Shown piece after piece: positions 11,303 through 21,189 of a stretch of 64,000 bases of DNA (within the stretch, counting starts at the first letter, position 1; the number at the start of each line of letters is the position of its first letter). A model generated the notes under the pieces. It saw only the letters and a program-made list of their open reading frames with translations, made no database searches and was not told where the DNA came from. The DNA comes from a bacterium (GTDB lineage Bacteria; UBA8248). The translations under genes were made by a program, and so were the position numbers. The DNA is taken from assembly GCA_965213685.1 (NCBI GenBank), contig CBDBZY010000045.1, forward strand, positions 1-64,000. Reading direction: 5' to 3'.

Positions 11303-13842
11303 GCGGAGTTCTCCTGGTCTGCAGAGGATTCTGACGCTTTCGCCTGATCGGCGAGATCGGGGGGACATGCCGCCGCGTGGCCGCAATCTTTCCGGGGGCA
11401 AACGAGTTGGCGGCCATGCTTTTTGGTTGTCTTGATGGTGAGGACGGGATGCCCGCAGGAAGGGCATGGCCGGGCAACGGGCCAATCCCACAGCCGCGTC
11501 TCGCAATTCAGGTCCCGGAAACGGCTGCACCCGTAAAACGGCTTTCCGGTCCGGCGAGAGCGCAGCTCCATCAATTCCCCGTCGCAGCCATCTCGGGGAC
11601 AGCCCACGCCGGTTGGTTTCGGGGGCGGGGCCAGTTGTCCGTTGTCGAGCACTTTTATTGTTGGATGCTCCTTCGGGAAGGCGGTACAGGACAGATACTT
11701 TCCATACCGCCCGCTCTGCGCGCGCATGGGCGCGCCGCATTCGCCACAGGGCGGGGCTATCTCCTCGATGCGGGCCATTTCCTCATCAGGCTCAGGCTCG
11801 CCCTCCTCGGGAACGCTCTCCGAATGCTTGCAGTCCGGGTATCCCGGACAGGCGATGAACCAGCCGTTTTTGCTGAACTTCTTCACCAGCCCGCGCCCGC
11901 ATTCCGGGCAGTCTCTGCCGATGGGTAGTGTCTTCCTCTTCAAATCGGGCAGCGCTGTTATCGCCTTCTGCATTTTCTGGTCGAAATCCGCATAAAAATC
12001 CCGGAGGACGGGGAGCCACGGCTTCGTCCCGTTTTCTACGTTGTCCAGGAATTCTTCCATTCTCGCGGTAAAGCCCACGTCAATGTGATCGGGAAATCCC
12101 TGGATGAGGAGGCGATGCACCTCCCGACCGAGCGAGGAGGGCGTGAACTGTCTCCCCTTTTTTTCTACGGCGACATATTTGTGCTTCTCCTCCAGCGTGC
12201 TCAGGATGCTCGCGTAGGTGCTCGGCCGGCCAACGCCGTTTTCTTCCAGCTCCTTCACCAGGGAGGCTTCCGTGTAGCGCGGCGGGGGCTTTGTGAAATG
12301 CTGCTCCGCCGCAACGCCCGAAGGAGCGGACTCCGAGCGCACGAGCGAGAGGAGGTCGCCATCCTCCAGCGGAGGGAGGAGCCTGTCCCGCTCGGAATGC
12401 GGCGGCCTGGATTCCCCGGCGCTCCCATCGCTTCGGGACGCGGCGTTGTCTTGATAGACCTGGAGAAATCCCGCGAATCTGAGGACGGAGCCGCTCGCCC
12501 GCAAGAGGAGTTTCTCCTCCTCTTCTTTCGCGCCGCCCTCCTTTGCCTGATCGAGGGAAATGTCCACGCTGGTCTGGTCGTAGATGGCCGACTTCATCTG
12601 GCTGGCGAGGAAGCGTTGCCAGATGAGGGTATAGACGGATAGCTGGTCGGGTTTCAGAACGTCTCTCAGACGCTCGGGCGTGCGGCGAACGTCGGTGGGA
12701 CGGATGGCCTCGTGTGCGTCCTGCGCCATTTTTCCCGTCCGGAAGACGTTGGGTTTTTCGGGGACGTAGCCCTTCCCGTATTTTGTCCCGATATACGCGC
12801 GGGCGGCGGCGACCGCCTCGGGCGCCAGCCGCGTGGAGTCCGTCCGCATGTAGGTGATGAGGCCGACGTTCCCCTCCCCCCGGCCCAGGTTCACCCCCTC
12901 GTACAATGACTGCGCGATGTCCATGGTCCTCTTGGCACCATAACGCAATTTGCCCGAACTCTCCTGCTGCAGGGTGCTGGTGATGAAGGGGGCGGGCGGT
13001 TTGCGCCGGCGCTCTTTTCGCTCCACCCTGGAGACTCTCAAGACGCCAGCCGCTATTTTTTCCGCCAGCGCCGTCGCCCTCGCTTCGTCGGCGATCGCCG
13101 CTTTTCCTCCGACTTCCGTTTTTTCTCCGTTGATTCGGTGCAGTTTGGCTTCAAACCCGGGCGTTGCGCCGGCCTTCTCCAGATGCGCCGTGACGCTCCA
13201 GTATTCTTTTGGTTCAAAGGCCTCTATCGCGTCTTCGCGCTCGCATATCAGCCGCAGGGCGACGGACTGCACCCGGCCCGCACCGAGACGAGGCGCGACT
13301 TTGCGCCAAAGAATTTCGCCCGAAAGCTTGAATCCCACGATTCGGTCCAGCTTTCTGCGGGTTTCCTGGGCGTCCACCTTCCGCTGATCGATCCGTCCGG
13401 GGCTGGCGAGTGCCTCCTGAACCGCCCTGTGCGTAATTTCGTTGAAGCTCACCCGGTAGAATTTGTTGTCGGCCCTGGAGTTTCTCAGAATCTCCTGGAT
13501 GTGCCAGGCGATGGCCTCCCCCTCGCGGTCCGGGTCCGGGGCCAGGTAAATCTCATTCGCATTCGTGGCGGCTTTGCGCAGCTGGGCTATCGCTTTCGCT
13601 TTTTTGGGGATGACGCCGTAATCGGCTTTAAAGTCGTTATGCACGTCTATTCCCATCTTGCGCTCGCCCGTTTTTTTCAAATCCCGCACGTGCCCCATCG
13701 ATGCGAGAACGTCGAACTCCGGGCCCAGAAACTTCCGGATGGTGCGCACCTTCGTCGGCGATTCCACGATGAGGATCTTGGATGCGGGTTTTCCGCCCTG
13801 CACGCGGCGAGGGGCGCGTTTCGTTCCTTTTCTTTCAGCCAT
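11299..13842 (-). CDS. topA: DNA topoisomerase I
   Basis: IVESPTK, DPDREGEAI, GRVQS, ITYMRTDS, AHEAIRPT, C-terminal C4 zinc ribbons. Confidence 0.98.
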   Translation of the reverse strand: MAERKGTKRAPRRVQGGKPASKILIVESPTKVRTIRKFLGPEFDVLASMGHVRDLKKTGERKMGIDVHNDFKADYGVIPKKAKAIAQLRKAATNANEIYLAPDPDREGEAIAWHIQEILRNSRADNKFYRVSFNEITHRAVQEALASPGRIDQRKVDAQETRRKLDRIVGFKLSGEILWRKVAPRLGAGRVQSVALRLICEREDAIEAFEPKEYWSVTAHLEKAGATPGFEAKLHRINGEKTEVGGKAAIADEARATALAEKIAAGVLRVSRVERKERRRKPPAPFITSTLQQESSGKLRYGAKRTMDIAQSLYEGVNLGRGEGNVGLITYMRTDSTRLAPEAVAAARAYIGTKYGKGYVPEKPNVFRTGKMAQDAHEAIRPTDVRRTPERLRDVLKPDQLSVYTLIWQRFLASQMKSAIYDQTSVDISLDQAKEGGAKEEEEKLLLRASGSVLRFAGFLQVYQDNAASRSDGSAGESRPPHSERDRLLPPLEDGDLLSLVRSESAPSGVAAEQHFTKPPPRYTEASLVKELEENGVGRPSTYASILSTLEEKHKYVAVEKKGRQFTPSSLGREVHRLLIQGFPDHIDVGFTARMEEFLDNVENGTKPWLPVLRDFYADFDQKMQKAITALPDLKRKTLPIGRDCPECGRGLVKKFSKNGWFIACPGYPDCKHSESVPEEGEPEPDEEMARIEEIAPPCGECGAPMRAQSGRYGKYLSCTAFPKEHPTIKVLDNGQLAPPPKPTGVGCPRDGCDGELMELRSRRTGKPFYGCSRFRDLNCETRLWDWPVARPCPSCGHPVLTIKTTKKHGRQLVCPRKDCGHAAACPPDLADQAKASESSADQENSA

Positions 13843-14138
13843 TTATGCACTCACGCTCACGAGTTGAGCGGCGGCTCCCCGGGCCGAACTCCAGCCGGAA
13901 GCCCGCTACTCTTGCAATAACAATGTCGAATGTCGGGTTCGTCCCCCCATCATCCGGCGCGCCCGGGCGGATGCGTCTGGCGCACAAAAACGATGGGCGG
14001 GAAGAGGGGGAGGTGCGGCCGCCGGCCTCCGCGACGACGCTTCCGCCTTCCGATGGGGACGACGCACGAGGTTTCGTCGTCGAATGCCTTGTATCGCGCA
14101 AATCGCACTTCCCTTATCCGCAGGCGCGTCCCCTCCCG

Positions 14139-15344
14139 CTAGGAGGAAACCCGTTCGTACATGCCCGCGTTTGTTTGCCGGACGAGGCCTTCCAGCTCCA
14201 GGCGTAGCAAAGTGGACGAAACTTCCTGGGCTGGCAAGCCCCGCGCCTGGGTAAGTCCCTCTATGGTCTTGTCCCCGTTTTCCAGCAGGCGCAAGAGCGC
14301 GCTTTCATCATCCGTGAGGCTCGGCGTCGTGGCTTCAGGGACATCTTCATCTTCATCCGCCGGATTCGGCCCGGGCGTCCCGGCTTCGGGAACGCTTTCG
14401 GGAGGGCGGAACCCTCCGACCCGAATCTGCTCCGGATAGTATAGCATATTTCGGGCGTATTCTGGCAGGGCGTCGATGATGTCATCGACATTTTCCACCA
14501 GGTGCGCCCCTTGTTTCAGTAGATGATGACAGCCGGCGCTTCTCTGGGTGTGAACGGGCCCCGGGACGGCCATCACCTCGCGTCCTTGCTCCATCGCCAG
14601 GCGGGCGGTCAGCAGCGCGCCGCTGCGCTGGGCCGCCTCGACGACGAGCGTCGCCAGGGACAGGCCGCTGATGATGCGATTTCTTCTGGGAAAATTCTCT
14701 TTCCGGGGATGGGCGCCAAAATGGAATTCGGAGAGCACGGCGCCGTTCTCGGCGATTTGTCTCCGGAGCGCCGCGTGTTCGGCGGGATAGTTCCGGGACA
14801 GGCCGCACCCGAGGATCGCTATGGTTCTGCCGCCCGAGTCGAGCGCGGCCTGATGGGCTTCCGCGTCGATGCCGTACGCCATGCCGCTGATGATGGTGAC
14901 GCCCCTTCTGGAGAGCCCGGCGGCGAACTCCCTCGCCATGCGCCGTCCGTAGTCTGTGGGGCGCCGCATGCCGACGATGGCGACGGCGAGGCGGTCGGCG
15001 GCCCGCATCTCCCCCTCGACGAACAATGCGCCCGGCGGAGCGTAAATCTCGCGGAGTGCCTCGGGGTACGCATCGGAATCGCGCGTGAGCACCGCAGCCC
15101 CCGCTTTCGCCGCCTCCTGGCGGACTCGACCGGCCAGGTCGTATGGAGAATCCTTTTCGAGCGCCCCACGCGCCCGGCGGCCGCAAAGACGGGCGAATAC
15201 GTCGGGCGGTGCGCCGAGGGCTTCCGTCGGGTGCGGAAACGCCTCCGCCAACCGATGTAGCCGCTCGGGGGTCATGCCGGGCAGCGTCTGCAGGACGAGC
15301 CAGGCGTCGGATGCGTTGAGATGGCCCGGACCCTGAGCGCGCAT
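14139..15344 (-). CDS. dprA: DNA-processing protein DprA
   Basis: SGMAYGIDAEAH, FPRRNRIISGLS, VVEAAQRSGALLTA, C-terminal winged helix; start inferred. Confidence 0.95.
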   Translation of the reverse strand: MRAQGPGHLNASDAWLVLQTLPGMTPERLHRLAEAFPHPTEALGAPPDVFARLCGRRARGALEKDSPYDLAGRVRQEAAKAGAAVLTRDSDAYPEALREIYAPPGALFVEGEMRAADRLAVAIVGMRRPTDYGRRMAREFAAGLSRRGVTIISGMAYGIDAEAHQAALDSGGRTIAILGCGLSRNYPAEHAALRRQIAENGAVLSEFHFGAHPRKENFPRRNRIISGLSLATLVVEAAQRSGALLTARLAMEQGREVMAVPGPVHTQRSAGCHHLLKQGAHLVENVDDIIDALPEYARNMLYYPEQIRVGGFRPPESVPEAGTPGPNPADEDEDVPEATTPSLTDDESALLRLLENGDKTIEGLTQARGLPAQEVSSTLLRLELEGLVRQTNAGMYERVSS

Positions 15345-15432
15345 GGCGGGGCTCCAAAGGTGTGTCGGTATCCGTATCGGCGGCCTCCGGCTTCGATCAC
15401 CCCTGAATCCATAACATGGAGTCCGCATCTCA

Positions 15433-15519
15433 TGTCAAGACAGGAAAAAGTTTTCCGGAGGGCGGAGGCTCGGGGCGCGTGCGGATGAAGGGCTTCCGGA
15501 AGGCGTGTCAAGACAGGAA
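15433..15519 (-). promoter_or_regulatory. Duplicated 14-bp element containing TTGACA upstream of dprA
   Basis: tgtcaagacaggaa at 15433-15446 and 15506-15519 (TTCCTGTCTTGACA on minus). Confidence 0.55.
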
Positions 15520-15555
15520 GAAAATTTTCGGCGAGGAGCGAAGGGGAGGGCGGTT

Positions 15556-16356
15556 TCACGGATTTCCGGCGGGGCCCGGGCCCGCCGGGCTGGCGTGGCG
15601 GATGTTTTGCAGCTGCATCCTCGCTTTTCGGGATGCGGGATGGCGGGGGAATGACTTTATCAGTTTTTCAAACTCCAGGGCCGCGTTGAGGGTATGTTTC
15701 TGGCGAACGTAGGCGACTCCGCGCTTGTAATGGGCGTCCGGGACTTTCCGGCTTTTGGGATATCTTTGGATGACGCGATGGAACGCAGCCAGCGCCGCCG
15801 GAAATTGCCGGAGGGCGTAGTGGGCCTCCCCGAGCCAATACTGGGCGCTGGGCGCCAGCCGACTGGCGGGGAAAAGGCGCAGGAAACGGCGAAATCCGCG
15901 AATGGCCTCCTCGTTCCTTCCGTCGCGGACGGCGCGATACGCCTCGTTGTAGAGTTTGCGCGGGGTCGTCGTCCGCACCTCCCGCCTTCGTTTTGGGGGC
16001 GGCGTCCTTCTCCTCGCCCGGGGCCTGGCCCTGGACGCGGGTTCTCGTGCCTCCCTCCTCCTCGGGGGCGCCGGCGAGAAACTCTTTCGCATGAACCCCT
16101 CCCGCTCGAGCCGCTCGACGGTGGCTTCCAACTCCTTGTTCTTCTTTTGCAAATCACGAATGGCGGAGAGGAGCGTCCCGGTTTTTCGGGCGAATGCGGA
16201 AGCCTGGGCCTCCAGGTGCGCGTTTCGCTTTTTGAGGGATGACAACTCTTGTCGGAGTGATTCGACGGGGGGAGTGGCCTGTGAGCCGGGCGGGGACAAG
16301 TGGGCACACCCCATCGCCAGGGCCGCAAGCGCCAAGGCGCATGGACCACGCCACAT
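15556..16356 (-). CDS. CpoB/YbgF-like tol-pal TPR lipoprotein
   Basis: lipobox-like LAMGC, coiled coil, TPRs (AQYWLGEAHY, YPKSRKVPDA). Confidence 0.85.
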   Translation of the reverse strand: MWRGPCALALAALAMGCAHLSPPGSQATPPVESLRQELSSLKKRNAHLEAQASAFARKTGTLLSAIRDLQKKNKELEATVERLEREGFMRKSFSPAPPRRREAREPASRARPRARRRTPPPKRRREVRTTTPRKLYNEAYRAVRDGRNEEAIRGFRRFLRLFPASRLAPSAQYWLGEAHYALRQFPAALAAFHRVIQRYPKSRKVPDAHYKRGVAYVRQKHTLNAALEFEKLIKSFPRHPASRKARMQLQNIRHASPAGPGPAGNP

Positions 16357-16402
16357 ATCGGCTATCCCCGACGGCGGCAGGAGCGCGGACGAGGGAGATT
16401 CC

Positions 16403-18007
16403 TCACGGAAGACGAACGACCTCGAACCTTTCTCGATGGAGTTCGCTGTCGTCTTTGATGACGAGCTGAACCTTGAGCCGGCTCTCCAGGTCTTCCACAT
16501 GCTTTCGTTCCTCGTCGAGGAGGATGTCGACGACCTCGGGGTGGGCGTTGATGAGGAGTTTCGTCGCATCCTTGTGCGCTCTTCTCATCCGACGCACTTC
16601 CCGCATGGCTTCATAGCTCACCGAGATGGCGGATTTTACCTGGCCGCGTCCCTCGCAGTAGGGACACGTGGTGCAAAGCGTCCTCTGGATGCTGTCCCGG
16701 ACCCGTTTGCGGGTCATCTCGACGAGCCCCAGTTCGCTGATCTTCAGGATGTTGGTGCGCGAGCGATCCTTTCGGAGCTCCTCCTTGAAAGAGTTGAACA
16801 CCTTCTCCTTGTTGTTCTCTCTCTCCATGTCGATGAAGTCGACGATGATGATTCCGCCGAGGTTGCGAAGGCGCAGCTGGGACACGATTTCGCGCACTGC
16901 CTCCAGGTTGGTCTGGAGGATGGTTTCCTCCGGGTTTCTCTTGCCGACGAAGCGCCCGGTGTTGACGTCGATGGTGGTGAGCGCCTCCGTCTGATCGATC
17001 ACGATATAGCCGCCGTTGCGGAGCCACACGCGCTGCCCGAGTGCGCGCTCGAGTTCGAGTTCGACGCCGAAATGGTCGAATATCGGCTCATCGCCGTCAT
17101 AGTGCTGGAGTTTGGGAACCAGGTGCGGGTAGTAGTTTTGCAGGAAATCCCTGGTCTTGGCGTATTGCTCCGCGTCGTCGATGATCATTCTGTCCACGCT
17201 GGAATTGAACAAATCCCGCACGGTGCGCTGTATGATGTTCAGGTTCAAATGAATCCGGGAGGGCGCGGAGGCCGACTCGTTCCGGACCAGGATGTCTTCC
17301 CACAGGGCGTGCAGGAAGTTCACGTTCGCCTCGATGTCCTGGGCGGGCATCGCTTCGCTCGCCGTGCGCACGATGTATCCGGCTCCTGGCTGACGATTCT
17401 TGCGCACCAGTTTTTTGAGTCTTTTTCTTTCCCCTTCGTTTTCGATGCGCCGGCTGATGCCAATCTGCTTGATCGTGGGCATGTAGACGACATACCGGCC
17501 GGGCAGGGTGATGTAGCTCGTCAGCCTGGAGCCCTTGGTGCCCAGAGGCTCCTTGCTGACCTGGACGATGACGCTCTGGCCGTCTTTCAGCAGGTCCTGG
17601 ATGTGCCGCTTCTTCTCGCCTCGGCGCGAACGCCTTCCGACGACGTTCTTGTGCGATCCGTTCGTGGGCTCCTCCTCGCCATTGTCCGCGTCGTCTCCGT
17701 TACCGTCGAAGTCGAGAGCATCGTCGTCTTCCCCGTCCGCCTGCTCTGCCGCGAGTTTTCCGTAGTTCTCGATGGACTCGATGGTGTCCACATCGCTCAC
17801 GTAGAGAAATCCCGCCTTCTCCAGCCCGATGTCCACGAACGCCGCCTGCATCCCCGGCAGGACTTTTGTCACTTTTCCCTTGTATACGTTGCCGACGATG
17901 CTTTTTCCGCTCTCGCGCTCGATGTACAACTCGGCCGCCACGCCGTTTTCGAGCAAGGCGACGCGCGTTTCAAACGTTTCGGCGTTGACGACGATCTCAG
18001 ATGACAT
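16403..18007 (-). CDS. rng: Ribonuclease G (Rne/Rng family)
   Basis: VGNVYKGKVTKVLPGMQAAFVDIG, IDVNTG, RLRNLGGIIIVDFIDM, CPYCEGRG. Confidence 0.95.
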   Translation of the reverse strand: MSSEIVVNAETFETRVALLENGVAAELYIERESGKSIVGNVYKGKVTKVLPGMQAAFVDIGLEKAGFLYVSDVDTIESIENYGKLAAEQADGEDDDALDFDGNGDDADNGEEEPTNGSHKNVVGRRSRRGEKKRHIQDLLKDGQSVIVQVSKEPLGTKGSRLTSYITLPGRYVVYMPTIKQIGISRRIENEGERKRLKKLVRKNRQPGAGYIVRTASEAMPAQDIEANVNFLHALWEDILVRNESASAPSRIHLNLNIIQRTVRDLFNSSVDRMIIDDAEQYAKTRDFLQNYYPHLVPKLQHYDGDEPIFDHFGVELELERALGQRVWLRNGGYIVIDQTEALTTIDVNTGRFVGKRNPEETILQTNLEAVREIVSQLRLRNLGGIIIVDFIDMERENNKEKVFNSFKEELRKDRSRTNILKISELGLVEMTRKRVRDSIQRTLCTTCPYCEGRGQVKSAISVSYEAMREVRRMRRAHKDATKLLINAHPEVVDILLDEERKHVEDLESRLKVQLVIKDDSELHRERFEVVRLP

Positions 18008-20822
18008 TTTCTGTGGCCCGGGAAGCAGCCCGCGGCTTCCATTGAACGGCGATCTTTCGAATCCGCGCCCTGAGGCATCCCTCGGGAGACAGCCCGAGGC
18101 ACCGGGCGAGTATTTCCGCGACCCTCGGTTTCGTGCCCTCGCCATAGCCCAGGGTGATGTGCAGGCGAATCATGGCCTCCGTGGACGAGCGGAGCGAAAA
18201 GCGGAGGATGGCTGGCCGCCCGTCGAAACGCTTTGTTCTCCCTTTGTGCTCGCGGGATATTTCGACTCTCTCCTCGCCCATCAAACGCTCGATGGCGGTG
18301 CGCACCCGGGAGTCGGGCGCGCCCGGCGGGTTCAAGTCCTCTCGGAGCAGGGAGACCTCATACGTCGCGGCGCGCAGCGCGTTGGCCGACGAGGGCGCCT
18401 TTCCCTCTATGCGCCACCCCGCGCGGGGCTTGAGGCCCCCGGGCAGTGCCTGCTTGAGGTTTCGGAACACCTCGCCCACCCGGATGGGCCCGTCGCTCTC
18501 CAAAAGGGAGAAATCGACTACCTCCGCCCGGCTTTCCACGCCGACGGGAAGGGCCTGGGAGAAAACGATTTTCGGGTGCGGGTTGAACCCCCTGGAGTGT
18601 TCGAGGCGGTAGCCCGCGCGCTGAATCGCGCGGATGAAGGTTCTCAAAATCTCCAGATGACTCAAAAAGCGCAAGTCTCCGGATTTCTCGTAGAGAAACC
18701 GGAATTTGCGGACGGGCGCTTCCGGCTGCGCCTCGGCGAGGCCAGGGTTGTCATCGTGGGAATCCTGGAAGCCCACCGGCACGGGGCCGGATTCGCGGAC
18801 GGCGTTTTTGCGGCGTTTTGAGCCGGGGCGCCTGAGGCGTCCCTGCGCTTTGGCGATGGCGAGTTCTGCGGGCTCTGTGGGAGCGACGTCCTGGCCGGGA
18901 GCGAGGTCCGCCGCCCGGGGCGCATCGCCACTCCGCGCCGGCCCGTTGACGAGGGGGAGGGCGGCGGCCGGCGGCGGCATGGCTTTCTCGTAATGGTATT
19001 TGATGCCCTTGTACTTGTCCAGAATGCCGCATTGGCCGCAGGATTCGTAGCGGCAATCGCCGATGGTGACCTCGCGCAGCGCCCGCTTCCAGTCTGCGAG
19101 CTGGTATTCCTTGGTCACCCCGCAGTCGAGGTGGTCCCAGGGCAGCGGCGCATCCTCGGGTATTTCGCGGTAGGCGTACCATTCCGGGTCGAGTCCGTGG
19201 GTCCGGAAGGCGGACATCCATTTTTCGTAATCGAAAAACTCCATCCAGCCGTCGAATTTGCATCCCATGTCAACCGCCGTCTCGATGACGTCCGCCTGGC
19301 GTCGGTCGCCTTTCGAGATGACCGCCTCGAGGAAGCTGTGTCGGGGGTTGGACCAATGCAGCTTGATGCGCCGGTCGGGCACCGCCCGCTTGATATAATC
19401 GAGCTTCTCGCCGATCTCCTCCTGGCTGTTCTGGGGAAACCACTGGAACGGCGTGTGCGGCTTTGGCACGAAGGTGGAGAGGCTGACGTTCACGAATCGG
19501 AACGGCTCGCCCGTCTCGCGCGAGCGCATCCTCATGCAGGCCATGAGCATGTCCGCCATCTCTTGCAGATCTGCGAAAGTCTCGGTGGGGAGCCCGAGCA
19601 TGAAGTAGAATTTGACGCCGGGCCAGCCCGTATCGAGGATATCCTGCAGGTTTCGCTTCAGGTCGGCTTCCGTCAACACCTTGTTGATGACGTTGCGCAG
19701 GCGCTCGCTGCCCGCCTCCGGCACCAGGGTGAAGCCGGTGCGGCGCACGCGCGCGATTTGTGCCAGCAAGTCCGGGCTCATCGCCCCCACCCGCAAGGAG
19801 GGCAGGGAAATGGACGTCTGCATGGGAGCGAGGCGCTCCATCATGCGGGGGACGAGCCCCTTCAGGGGCTGATAGTCGGCGATGCAGAGCGATGAGAGGC
19901 TGATTTCCTCATAGCCCGTTTTGCGGAGCGATTCCTCCGCGAGCTCCAGCACCCGATGCGGATCCCGATCCCGGACGGGCCGATAGACCATGCCCGCGTG
20001 ACAGAAGCGGCACCCCCGCGTGCACCCGCGCTGCACCTCGAGCGTCACGCGATCATGCACCACCTGGGTGTAGGGGATGATGGGCTGCGTGGGGTGCGGC
20101 GAATCGTTCAAATCCTCCAGGACGCGCGCCAGCACAGGCTCCCGGTGTCCGGTGACGTGGCGAAACTCCTTCACCTCGCCGTCCGGCGCGTGCTCGACGG
20201 CGTAGCGGCTCGGAACGTAGATGCCGCGAATCCTCTCGAGCCTATCGAGCAGCGCCTCTCTCGGCTCGCTGGTTTTTCGCCATCTCTCGTGTGCCCGGAT
20301 AACCTCGGGAAAAACCTCCTCCCCATCGCCCAGGGCGACGGCGTCAAAAAAAGGCGCCATCGGCTCGACGTTGAACGTAACGGGACCGCCCGCGATGACG
20401 AGCGGGTCTTCCCTTCGCCTCTGCGCGGCGCGGCGGGGGATGCGCGCCAAATCGAGCAGCAGGACGACGTTGCTGGCGGCGAGCTCATATAGAAGGGATA
20501 TGCCGAGAATGTGGAACTCCCGGACGGGCGTTCGGCTCTCCAGCGTGGTCAGCAGCGCATTTCTGCTTTTGAGGATGGCCTCGAAATCGCTCCACGGGAG
20601 AAAGACGCGCTCCGCCGCGACGCCCGCGTCCTCGTTCAGGAGGTGATACAGCAGGCGGATGCCATTGTGCGACATGCCGACCTCATAGGCGTCCGGGAAG
20701 GCGAGCACCACCCGGGTCCTGACTCCGGCGAGGTCTTTATGGATCGCGTTGACTTCGTTTCCCAGATAACGCGAAGGTTTTTGGACGAAGGGGAAAACGT
20801 CCCGTGCGTAGTCTAGATTCAT
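17997..20822 (-). CDS. B12-binding radical SAM protein (TIGR03960-like) fused to DUF2344 (TIGR03936-like) domain
   Basis: KPSRYLGNE, FPDAYEVGMS, RGCTRGCRFC, FVPKPHTPFQW; C-terminal RFLSHLE..GFNPHPK. Confidence 0.88.
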   Translation of the reverse strand: MNLDYARDVFPFVQKPSRYLGNEVNAIHKDLAGVRTRVVLAFPDAYEVGMSHNGIRLLYHLLNEDAGVAAERVFLPWSDFEAILKSRNALLTTLESRTPVREFHILGISLLYELAASNVVLLLDLARIPRRAAQRRREDPLVIAGGPVTFNVEPMAPFFDAVALGDGEEVFPEVIRAHERWRKTSEPREALLDRLERIRGIYVPSRYAVEHAPDGEVKEFRHVTGHREPVLARVLEDLNDSPHPTQPIIPYTQVVHDRVTLEVQRGCTRGCRFCHAGMVYRPVRDRDPHRVLELAEESLRKTGYEEISLSSLCIADYQPLKGLVPRMMERLAPMQTSISLPSLRVGAMSPDLLAQIARVRRTGFTLVPEAGSERLRNVINKVLTEADLKRNLQDILDTGWPGVKFYFMLGLPTETFADLQEMADMLMACMRMRSRETGEPFRFVNVSLSTFVPKPHTPFQWFPQNSQEEIGEKLDYIKRAVPDRRIKLHWSNPRHSFLEAVISKGDRRQADVIETAVDMGCKFDGWMEFFDYEKWMSAFRTHGLDPEWYAYREIPEDAPLPWDHLDCGVTKEYQLADWKRALREVTIGDCRYESCGQCGILDKYKGIKYHYEKAMPPPAAALPLVNGPARSGDAPRAADLAPGQDVAPTEPAELAIAKAQGRLRRPGSKRRKNAVRESGPVPVGFQDSHDDNPGLAEAQPEAPVRKFRFLYEKSGDLRFLSHLEILRTFIRAIQRAGYRLEHSRGFNPHPKIVFSQALPVGVESRAEVVDFSLLESDGPIRVGEVFRNLKQALPGGLKPRAGWRIEGKAPSSANALRAATYEVSLLREDLNPPGAPDSRVRTAIERLMGEERVEISREHKGRTKRFDGRPAILRFSLRSSTEAMIRLHITLGYGEGTKPRVAEILARCLGLSPEGCLRARIRKIAVQWKPRAASRATENVI

Positions 20823-21189
20823 CGCGGGGAACCTGTGCAAGCCTCTCGCCACATGCGGGGGCTGTATCCGTTCTGCTCTGCGCTTCCCGGCCTGCGCCTC
20901 TGCGGGGCCCGGGCGAACTCCTTTTCGTATAGTGGAGCATACGGGCGGAATTGGCAAGCGCGTGGCGCATGGGGGGAGGAGCGGTTCATCTCCCTCCATA
21001 TCTCGTTGTATGGTCGTTCTTGAAAGCGCAGGGGGTTTTTGACCGTGATGCGCGATATGAAAGAAAGCGTCTTCGAACGGACTTGGAGGAGGCGTCCTTG
21101 CGCTATCTCGGTTTTCGCCGCGATGCGCGAGACGAGAAAAGCGTCCCCGGATTTTTGGCATGTTTCCCCACGTGTGAGGAGTTTTGCGG

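Noticed and set aside
17997-20822. Radical SAM proteins (also 43230-44456) as maturases of the peptide array
   Set aside because: Both belong to recognisable non-RiPP families, show no SPASM or RRE features, and are 9-33 kb away.
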